Of a DNA stretch of 64,000 nucleotides, positions 53,241 to 64,000 are shown one piece after another (within the stretch, counting starts at the first letter, position 1; each line of letters opens with the position of its first letter). The translations under genes were made by a program, and so were the position numbers. Under the pieces are notes generated by a model. That model did no database searches. It saw nothing but the letters and a program-made list of their open reading frames with translations, and had not been told where the DNA came from. Source of the stretch: the human T2T-CHM13v2.0 reference genome, Homo sapiens. The stretch lies in NCBI RefSeq assembly GCF_009914755.1, contig NC_060931.1; one strand, given 5' to 3'.

Positions 53241-56200
53241 GCTGTAAAGTTGTAATTACCCTATTGTGCCGAGTTCCGAGAAAGTTCTTAAAATTGTTAA
53301 GTCCACTTTGTTCTCTAAAATGTACTTCGCTTTGAGAATTTCTTCAGGGAGGTATGTAGAATGTTTTACCACAATCTCCAGAGCAGATTTGAGAGTAGAA
53401 GTGGCCAAGTGCCCTTTTGTGCAATTGAATGATAGAGCATATGTCTTTATATAAAATACTCGGTGTAGATAAGGAAAAGGATAATAGTATACAGTATGAG
53501 TCAGGACTCCTCCCTTTCTCTCATTGAATTTGTGTAGTTGCTTTTTTCGCAACTCATTCATCTTTGTGTACCTCTTTTTAATGTACATGGATTTGATTAT
53601 GTGTGCCTCCTTTCTGACAGTCGAGGCTGCATGTTGGGACGTCCTACAAAATGCATATTCTGTGGAATTATTTTTTAATATGACATGTCTTAAGCTTAAA
53701 GTGACGCCATTTGGAAAATTTTAAATTATACCTGTATTTTTAATTCGTGGGAGAAAACCATTTGTAGCTTTTAAGCTCCAAATACGAAAATATTCTTCCA
53801 CTATGTTGAAAGTATTGCAAAATCTGTTTTTTTCAGTTAAGGGTTTTCATGTTTTTTCATTACTTCAAATTTCTTTAAGCTGGTTTTGAATTTATATTTC
53901 AAATAGCTTTCTGAGGATTACTGTCTTTTAATAACTTGAATAATTTGCCATCACTTTAACATTTAAAGAATGACTATGGCGATACACCAAAATCTTATCT
54001 TTTTGCTCTTATGGTGTACTTAGAGACAGGATTTCATGTATTTGGTTAGGATTTAGAAATTCTGTTAAGATTTAGAGAAAAAAGGTTAAAGCTACATTCC
54101 TTAACGTTACAAAAATTGTCATGCTGAGAGAATCCAATTTGGTGTGAGAATAATTTTTTTCTTCCATACAGAAAGCACAAAAACCAGCCTGATTGTATCT
54201 GGAAAAAACCATTATGTTACAGGTGTGAAAAATACATTTCATGATTGTGGTGATTTTTATCTCATTTTAACTCTCGATACTAGGTGCTTCTGTATGCCAC
54301 CAAACAAGCTAATTTTTTTTCTTACTATTTTAGTTGATAGGCTCACCCCAAAATATGCTTTTGGGGACTGATTTAGCACCTGCATATTCTGCGTGAATCT
54401 CTTTAATTGGTTGCAGTTGAGCTAATGGTGGAGCCAAAATGCTATTGCCCTGTCTTCATCAACATTTAATCAGTAAGTACTGGGCATTGCATCTTTCTTA
54501 GAACTTTAAGTTCATACGTTGCAGTTATATGAATACATTATTTTATGTAAACATTTTTCTGAGTGTTCAGGTTTTAGAAGTATTTTGAGGGGAAGAAATC
54601 AAAGTTTGGGCGTTATGACTTGAGCTTTGAAAACAGCATGGTTGGGAAATGTTTACTGGTGGAGACTCATATCAAAAGTAGATAGCTGTCCTCTAGTCCT
54701 TTTTTTAGAGATCTCTTTTTTCAATCCTTTAGTTATCTCATTACACCCCAGGGGTGCTTTAAAGGTGGGGAGATAGTGTATGTATTTTATAAGGTTAGTT
54801 TGATATCACTGGTTAGTATTTAAATAACAACAAAAAACTTGCCTTTACCTCCTCCGCAAAAAATCTTACCTTTCTATTAGCCTCATTTATCTCTCCAAAA
54901 TCTACAGACTCTAATTTTTATTAATGGTGTAATAAACTTACATGTCCTGAAAATAACATCTCATTATTTTAAACAGTTGCCTTTGCCATGCTTCATTAAG
55001 TGCATTGGCTTAAATTAACACCTGTGAGGATGAATGGGATAATGTGAAACAAGTATTCCTAAGGATTTACTGCCTGGCACATAGATGTTAAAATATTGAG
55101 GGAGCTTAGAAGTGTTTTTGAAAGTATTGACGTCTTGCATCACTTGTATTAAACACACATCTGTCTGTTGCAAAGACATCAAAAGCTTAGAAAGGAACAA
55201 AGTTTAAGGAGGGTTCATTCTACTTTTTTTTATATCTTATGTAGAGACTGCATATTTAACACTGAGGTGGTGTTCTGCCTTTCCAAAATGGAGTTTTCCA
55301 TTTTAATAGTCCATTTTTTTTCTTACCACCATCATATTTTTCCTATATGAAAGGATTTCCTAGGAATTGATATACTTTTAAATGCTTTGCAATTGCAGCT
55401 CCTTTATGTCTCCAAATGATACAAGAAGACCCGAGAAAGTGGTAAACTAAATGATTTTTATTAAAGTAATTGCCAAATATTAAAGATAAAATATGGATAG
55501 TTACCAAATGTATGTGGCGTTTGTTTACTTTCATGTCATTTCTCCGTTTATCTTGATGGTGCTTTCATTTTGTGAAGAAAATTCCTGTAATAGAAATCAC
55601 AAATAGATTTTGTGTTTGCTTTGATTCTATAAAGGTAGATAAGTTTAAATAAAAGGAGGAACGTGGTTGTGTCTCCCCCACCCCACCCCCGCCCCACCCA
55701 AGTTTGTAGAAAGATAATCCATTCCATGACTGAGTACTAGAAATAAGTTGTCAGAGAAAAGCACACTGGAGAGCTCATTATGAACAGTTTAATTTTCTAT
55801 CATTTCATATATTTAAATGTCATTTTGATTATGTACACTGTTAGGTCATTCTTCCAAGCACCAGTGGTCAAAGCTGATTCATTCACTTCCCATCAGGTGT
55901 TACGTATCAGAAATGCTCATTAGGTTTATTTTAGTGCCGGTGTATATTTTAGTATCTAATGAGTAAATGTGCTTTAAAAATTAACTTCACTGTAAATCAC
56001 AGGTGTCTGGTGATACTGTATATGTCCATGTAAAGAGCCTCTGATGGTGCCTTGTAGAAAAGTACTCAGTTTTGAAAGGATGAAATCTTTCAAGTGTGGC
56101 GAATAACACATTGTAAGCTCCTGAACCATGCATGAAGTGAAAAATAACATTTTTGCTTTTTGAATAAGCAATATAGTTTTATTGTCAAACCAGATATGAA

Positions 56201-59200
56201 ATGCTGCACCTTAAAATCCTTGCTATTAAGTAATCCTCCTTACTCAAGTAATAGTGACATTGTTTTCAATAGTTGGTAATTGAAATCAACAAAGCCTGCT
56301 AGAATAGACTCCACTAACAGCTCTGTTGACATTTTTATGATATATAATCATATTTTACCATCTTAAAACCAAGCCATAGTAAACATTAATTAGGTACCTT
56401 AATTGAATATGCCTTATGTTCATTTATGGCTCTGCTGCTCAAACTTTTCCACAAAGTATATAGAGGAACAAATCCCACGGGGCCTGGCACCATAGTCCAA
56501 AACATTCTTCTTCAAGTGTGTAGTGTTCCTATTCGTATCTTGAATAAAGTTTGTGCTTATGAAGATGTTATGCTTATTCTATGACCTTACCTCTTGTCTG
56601 ACAGCCCTCTGTGTACCCATGTTTAGGATGTATGAATTTGTTACCTATTATCTTCCACTAAGATTTTCTACTAAGCAGACTTTCATTATTTCAAAATAAA
56701 CATATCTTAAAATTTATCTTCCAAATTCCTTAGACGTTACTAAGCAAATTCTCTTTTAAGTAGTTTTTAAAGCATTAGTTATACAATGATAGAGTAATAG
56801 TCCATTTGGAGTTTTATAATAACATAGCTACAAAAATGTTGAGTAATAGGTACGAATTAGATAAATTTAGATCTATGTGCTCATTCAAAATGTAAAGTAG
56901 TAATGATACTGGAAAATGCTCCTGATACAGTAAGTACAAAAAAGTGTGACAGTATGATCTTGTGAAAACAGTAAAAGATAGGCATGCTGATAACATGGGT
57001 AGAAGACTTGCAAATCACATAGAAAGAACATGAATGATTTTTCTTATACTGTATTGGGTCAGGAGAAAAAAACATCTGAAAACTGTCCTTACTGCCTTAT
57101 TAGTTGATCTATGCCAGAGACTGTTTCTCAGCCTGTGTTTCTCAGTCTTTAACTCACCTAACAAAATTGTGGTGCTATATGTTCTGTAGCTTGCAAGATT
57201 TCACAGTATAAAGTGAGTGTATTAAAATAGGGAATGTTTTATATCATGTGGTCTCATCCCATGTTCCATTTTAGAATCACAGCTCCAAGCCTCTAGGGTC
57301 AGCAAATGTTGGTTCCTGTGCTGCTCATGATTGCCACTAATAGCATCTAAACTCTTTCATACTTGTATCAGTACTGTAGTTGGAAATGAGTATACAGCTG
57401 TTTACAGAATTAGCCCCCAAAACTGGGAAGAAAGGTGACTTTATTCCTTGATTCTGGTTTTTAGAAGATATTCAACACTTAAATGCCCAGAAAAATCAGG
57501 ACGATAGGTAGACTCAATTGATGGAAATACCAGTCTAAGATAACCCATTGGATAAGAACTTTACATCAATACTGAAAGGAAGAATAGCATGAATAACTCA
57601 TTTCTTTAATTGAATTCTGTGTTAAATAACAGATCCAAGAGTTATTTCTTTATGCTTATCCCTTTTCGTTCTTCCAGGCTATAGTATATTAAATAGGTTC
57701 ATCTTTTTCATTGGGAGCTATAAGGTTATATTATAATGAAGACACAATAACTCCATTATAAGAGTTTTGTACCACACTTAAGGTTATGTGTTTTTTTTTT
57801 TAAGCCACCAGAATGGTTTTATTTTTGTCATTGACAACATGTACAAACCTGCAATTGTATAATTGTTTTGTTTGGTTTTTAAAATACTAAGTACACATTA
57901 AAAGTATGTTTTAAGAAATATGATGCATTAAAGAAGTTCACTGTAAACATAATTCTCAATGTATTTTCCTGCCTTGTTTCATGCATAAATAACAATCTAA
58001 GTAGTCATAAATAAAACTATCAACTTTTGTGGCCCAGAAGTATATACAAATTTTGAAGTTTGGCAGAAGGTGTTCTGTATGGTTTTATAAATTAAAACGC
58101 ACAGCATTTGTATTGATTATTAATGAAATGACTTATCCCAAGTCCTTATTGTATCCCAACCTGTTCTGTCAATAATAAACGTTCCAATGTACTTGGTAAA
58201 GATGCCACATGTTTAAAAACTCAATGATTAAAATAATTCTAAAAGGTAATTTAAATAGTACTCAGTCTTATTAAAACCACTTCAGCTTGTCTGAAAAAAT
58301 GCTTCTAAGGAGTGAATTCTGTACCATTATTTAAATGGCATCTAACAAAATCTAAAATTTAAGGAATAAATCAAATACATTTTAGTCTTGCAAAAAAACT
58401 TCATTGAGATTGTTACAGGAACAGAATGCTATCCTAAGTTTTCTAAAATTTATTCTTGAGTCATCAATGAGTTAAAACTTTAAGAGTTATAATAATTTTA
58501 GAAAGCCATAATTCTTGATGCAGAACATGATTAGTTTTTAATGACCAGAAATTATTTCTTCAGAAAGCATTAAATAACTGTTGAAACGTACCACCTATCT
58601 AGTGATTTATCAAGTAATCACTCAAGATTTATTAAGTACACATTTAAATTTTAGGTAATAAAAGTCAACTGGAATTTTGTACATTTCACTGTATTTCATT
58701 TTATACTTTTTTTAGGTCTTCATTTATAGGGTATAAAACTTAGAAAACATTCTTAACCAGTGTCTTCCTTAGAGTTAAATGATTCAAACAACAAGTAATG
58801 CTAAGCTAAATGCTGTCGTTAATACTGAAACCTAAGTTTCTAAAAGTTGTATTTTTCAATCAATACAAAAATGATCTGGCTCACTGTAAACTGCCTAACT
58901 TTAAAAAACTATTATTTGTTAAACAGCAGATTACAAGAAATGTTTCCCCTGTTCTTTTAAAAAACAAGATTATGAGATACATAATCTAAATAAAAATTTA
59001 CAGATGGTGGTTGAAATCCTGTCAACTTTCAGCCCAGTGTAACAAATTCCATAGTTATGCATGAATAATTCAAAATTAAAGTTTTTAATGGAAATGTCAG
59101 TAAGGCATATAACTACATTTGTCAGGCACATGATAAGACTAGAAAATTAAAGCTATCAAAGCTATAAATAAGGAGTGCATAAATAACAGCAATGCCAAAA

Positions 59201-59644
59201 CATTAGGGCTGTTAAAATTTAAACACATCTGATAGTTCTTTCTGTAAGCCACTCTCCACTGATAAAGCTATGGATAAAACTTAATTCCTTGCACAGCTTT
59301 CTAATAACTGATGATAAAGCTGAATTCCTTGTTCATAAAGCTGTACACCAATAGAGAGAATTTTCACATCTATTCAAAATTCTTGAAATCTCAAGCAGAT
59401 CGTCCATGGTTTTCCTAACTGCATTTGGATTTGCTGCTACCCTCAGGTATTTTTTTCTTTAACGTGCTAAGGTATTGTGCTATTTAAAGATACACAGCAA
59501 ATGATGAAAACATGCAAAAATGCCACTTCAGTTAAAATGGCTGTTAAAATTGTGTTTATTTTTCTTCTGTATCTTCTCGTTTTTAGTGTAAAAATAGTAC
59601 ATATGGTATAACCCATTACAAAGAAGGAAAATTGAGCTGATGTG

Positions 59645-59899
59645 CAGTCATGTGTTGCTTAATGACAGAGTTCTGAGAAATGCAGTTTGGGTGATTGCAT
59701 GTGAGCATCATAGAAAATACACAGACCTGTACAGCGTGTTACTGTACTGAGTACAATGTTAACACAATGGCAAGTATTTGTGTATCTAAACATATCTAAA
59801 TATAGAAAAGGTACAGTAAAAATATAGTGGTATAATCTTTCAGGCTTACCATATATGCACATTTGATTGTTGACCAAAATGTTATGTGTTACATGACTG
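59645..59899. mobile_element. Tigger3a/MER7 DNA transposon (internally deleted)
   Basis: TIRs CAGTCATG...CATGACTG; internal gtatctaaacatatctaaa..agaaaaggtacagtaaaaata. Confidence 0.85.
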
Positions 59900-60076
59900 T
59901 CTTTATTTTGCTCCAAAAAGGACCAAAAAAGTGATAGCAGAGTTGGCGATTTTCCTGTTTTCCAGATAAACCAAATGGGGAGGGATTCCAAAAGTTGTTA
60001 ACCATAGGTTCATGTATAATGAATTGGAATAAAGGCACTAAATTACTAAACTTTCTATTCTACTATCACAATTTGA

Positions 60077-60524
<448 letters not shown>

Positions 60525-60559
60525 TGTAGTTTCTTTTCTTCCCTACTTCTAATTCTGTA

Positions 60560-60970
60560 CATACTTCAGTAAGGCTTCTGCCTCTACTACTCCCACCAAA
60601 ACTACTTTTGTTAAAGGCACCAGTTCTCCATATTGCCAGATTACGTAGCTACTTCTCAGTTATCTTTCCCCCCAGCAGTTTTCAACATAGTTAACTACTT
60701 AATGCTCATTGAAAAAACACTCTTGTGCTTCTTAGTTAATACCTCTTAGGTTTTCTCCTGCATCTCTCTAGCTGGTCCTTCTCATTCTCCTTTGTTTGAC
60801 TTCCCAAATTTAGTGGAGTGCTCTAGAACTGTAATCTAGGCTGTCTTCTCTAACCTCTTTAAGAAATCTTTAAAAACAATGTGTATGCCAGTAAGATTTA
60901 TAGGTCTAATCCTGGCCTGTTGAACTCTAGTTTTATATATTTAACTCTCAGTTTGACATCTTCATTTAGA
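60560..60970 (+). mobile_element. L2 fragment
   Basis: ggcttctgcc...aaggcaccag..ctccatattgcca...ctctagttttatatatttaact. Confidence 0.55.
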
Positions 60971-61162
60971 TACCTTATATCTTATATTATTAGTATTAAT
61001 ACTAATATTAATAAAAATAACCTACCTTTTGAATCTTGAACTGTGTGTGTTACCCATTAAAAGTGAAACTAGGTCAGTTTCTTAAATATTAATAAATGTA
61101 CTGACCACATAGCTCAGACTATAGGGGAAAAAAGGTGAGTCAAGAACATATTTAGGATGACG

Positions 61163-61465
61163 GGACCAGGCACATTGGCTCACGCCTGTAATCCCAACAC
61201 TTTGGGAGGCCGAGGCAAGTGGATCACCTGAGGTCAGGAGTTCGAGACCAGCCTGGTCAACATGGTGAAACCCCATCTCTACTAAAAAAATACCAAAAAA
61301 TTAGCTGGGCATGGTGGCACACGCCTGTAGTCCCAGCTACTCAGGAGGCTGAGGCAGGAGAATCACTTGAACCTGGGAGGCGGAGGTTGCAGTGAGCCAA
61401 GATCGTGCCACTGCACTACAGCCTGGGCAACAGAGTGAGACTCCATCTCAAAAACCACAAAAGAT
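61163..61465 (+). mobile_element. AluSx-like
   Basis: Sense full dimer. Confidence 0.95.
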
Positions 61466-62049
61466 GACAGCATAAAAACAAAAAAGGTGACTGTATCCCC
61501 AGTACCTGCATATAGTAGAGGTAATATATTTGGATATATTTGTTGATTGAACAAATAAGCTTGATAATTTACAAAGTAGCATAGAATCATTCACTAATCT
61601 CTAACATGAGTTGCAGAACTTTAAAAAAGGAGCCAGGATTCCTGTTCTTTTTCTCAACGTTGTGGATTAACTGGGGTCCTGAAATGATATCATTAAAATG
61701 TTAAACCTGTGACCATTTTGCACCTATAAAATAAGCATTGTACTTTTTGCTTTGAAGTTTTTAAAAAATAACTATTGGCAAGATTACCAAGAGTACAGTT
61801 TGCATCTCAATGGTTGGGATATAAATTTGTGCAATTTTTTGGGAAAATATATTGCAGTATGATTGAAAAGTTCGAAATTTTGTCATATCCTTTGATTTAA
61901 CAATTTTTATTTACTAATATTCAAGGAAATAGTGTAAAAATATGTTTTTCAGTATGGGTTAAGGAAATTAAAAATTGGGAACAACATAAATGTCCAGTAA
62001 CGGATAACTGTTAAATAATGTCATGCTTTTTATTGCAGCATAAGTTTTA

Positions 62050-62306
62050 TTTTTTGCTTTTCTATTTTTTGAGACAGGTTCTCGCTCTCACCCAGACTGC
62101 GGCCTTGATCTCCTGGGCTGCAGCCATCCTCCCACCTCAGCCTCCAGAGTAGCTGAGATTATAGGCATACACCACCACACCTGGCTAATTTTTTATTTTT
62201 TTTCTGGAGACTAGATCTCACTATCTCAGGCTGGTCTCAAACTCCTGAGGTTAAGTGATCCTCCTCCCAAAGTGCTGGGATTATAAGGGTGAGCCACCAC
62301 GCCTGG
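62050..62306 (-). mobile_element. AluJ with internal deletions
   Basis: Antisense Alu; flanking TAAGTTTTA repeats are a degenerate TSD. Confidence 0.85.
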
Positions 62307-63459
62307 TGCAGTGTTAAGTTTTAAGTAATAACTTTTGTTAGATGCCTACCTTGGTTTCCTTCACACTTTTCAATCTGAGCAGATTCTAAAAAGCAGGATA
62401 TAAAATTGCACAATACACTATAATCACAGACACACATACACCGGGAGATGAGATTAGAAGGAACTACAAAGAGTATGAAAAATCATTGGGAAGTTTATGG
62501 ATGATTTTAACCTTCTTTTTTTTACTTTTTTACATTTCTTTCTCCCATCTTTTGTAGTAGGTATTACAAAAAAGCCAGCCTTTAAAAAATTAATGGATTC
62601 AGAATGATAACAACATGAAATCTAATAGCTTAATGGTTCTCCAGCAGGATCTGTACCTTTTTCACTGAAAATGCAAAGAGGATCTAATTAGAATGCCGCA
62701 AAAATTAGAATTTTAATCCCTAATTTTTGCTGAAACGTCCCCTTGAACCTCAAATCATGTGCTTTTTTTTTTTTTTTAAGGTCTTTGGCTTTTGAGGATA
62801 AAGATGAGAAGCTTATTGAAAGAAACCTTTAAAAACCATTTCATATTTCATAAAGTTTCACATTGCTTTCAAGAGCTTGTAATTTGTCTTTTCTGGCCTA
62901 ATTGTTTAAGGTTTTGTTTTTGTTTTTTCCACAGATTCCTAGATAGGGTTGTTCATCTGTCATCTTAAAAGGGTTTTCTGGATGAATAGGGTACTATATA
63001 ATTTTTAATGCTTTAAGATAAAACATAAAGAGGTGTTAATAATTATAAAGGAAAACTATAGTTACTAATAATATTTATGGTGCTGTATTGATTGATATAC
63101 ACATCATGTTACATAATGGTACCACAGTCTACAGTTCATAGAATCACTAGCATAGCTGAGCCTGTTTTTTTTTTTTTTTTCAGAGAACGTTTGTCTGCCT
63201 GATGAGAGCCACTTGGGTTAAGAAACTACCTGTGAATAGTCATCATTTCTGTCCTTCATTGGGGAATACTTTTAGAGGCCAGTTTCCAAAAATTCTGCTT
63301 AAAAAAGAATTCTGGTTTTGTCTTACTCTTCCAGATGAGATATCACAGAGGCTTGGGCCTAGATTGTCATCAGCATACTGCTATACTATTCGTTTGTTCT
63401 TATTAAGCCTTATTGTGTGTAATGCTGTTACTTTTTCAGAGTGTTGCGGAGATAGGAAC

Positions 63460-63483
63460 ATGGGAGAGAAACAATCTGGGTAA
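63460..63483 (+). CDS. uORF1 (MGEKQSG, 7 aa), putative
   Basis: aacATGG strong Kozak context; TAA at 63481-63483. Confidence 0.5.
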   Translation: MGEKQSG

Positions 63484-63484
63484 C

Positions 63485-63562
63485 ATGAAAGTGATGCTGG
63501 TTGCTAAGGGAAGGCAACTTGATTCTGTGGGAAGGGCTGTAGCTGATCCATCCGTTGTCTAG
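63485..63562 (+). CDS. uORF2 (MKVMLVAKGRQLDSVGRAVADPSVV, 25 aa), putative
   Basis: aacATGA start; the TAG stop is the last three bases of exon 2. Confidence 0.5.
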   Translation: MKVMLVAKGRQLDSVGRAVADPSVV

Positions 63563-63842
63563 GTAAGTCTGCTTCTGTTGCAAGGATCTCACATGATTTG
63601 CAAATTTGTCAAAACTAGATCATGATTTCCATTTACCTTTATTTTGGGAATGGCATAATTACTATTGTAAAATGAATGATGTCCTTTTCAAATAGTAATT
63701 TGCATAGTAAAATTTTAATGAATTATTGGATCTTTACCATGTAAATGTTAATATATTTAAGTTTTTGTGCCAAAGGAAAATACATTCACTTCAGTGGTAA
63801 ATATATGAATGGACTAATATCTTGTGTATAGGAGCCAGAGAG

Positions 63843-64000
63843 AGCCAGGCGTGTTGGCACGTGCCTGTACCCAGCTATTCGGGTGGCTAAGACAGGAGTA
63901 TCACTTGAGCTCAGAAGTTCAAGGCTCTAGGGCCCTTAAGACTGTGCCTGTGAATAGCCTCTGCACTCCAGCCTGGGCAACAATGAAGACCCCTTCTCTA
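63843..64000 (+). mobile_element. FAM (fossil Alu monomer, 7SL-derived)
   Basis: Monomer with the FAM/7SL-specific gcctgtgaatagcc..tgcactccagcctgggcaaca. Confidence 0.8.

Larger units (their letters stand above)
63440..63562 (+). other. DMTF1: Non-coding exon 2 (5' UTR) of DMTF1
   Basis: Acceptor ttactttttcag|A and donor CTAG|GTAAGT; recalled as the DMTF1 5' UTR just upstream of the ATG-containing exon (outside the window). Confidence 0.8.

Overview
This is primate (almost certainly human) nuclear genomic DNA, not prokaryotic. Positions 1-52,000 are intergenic and dominated by transposon fossils: Alu, MIR, L1, L2, MaLR/ERV LTRs, a complete THE1 provirus with TSDs, an ERV-L integrase relic and a MER52 solo LTR. 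A CpG-island promoter lies at ~52.0-53.2 kb, followed by the 5' end of a + strand gene. I recognise its non-coding exon 1 (~52361-52499) and exon 2 (63440-63562) from memory as the 5' UTR of DMTF1 (7q21); the coding exons lie beyond the window. No protein-coding exon is supported, and nearly all ORF-track entries are chance or repeat-derived. The best second-look items are: (i) two back-to-back uORFs in exon 2, one stopping exactly at the splice donor, with stacked alternative acceptors that change uORF content; (ii) a ~300-codon intact THE1 internal ORF; (iii) a consensus CTCF motif in the MER52 LTR; (iv) a twin-priming L1; and (v) several local templated duplications. I see no convincing evidence of a wholly new biological system. 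Repeat subfamily names and old-repeat boundaries were called by eye and are approximate.
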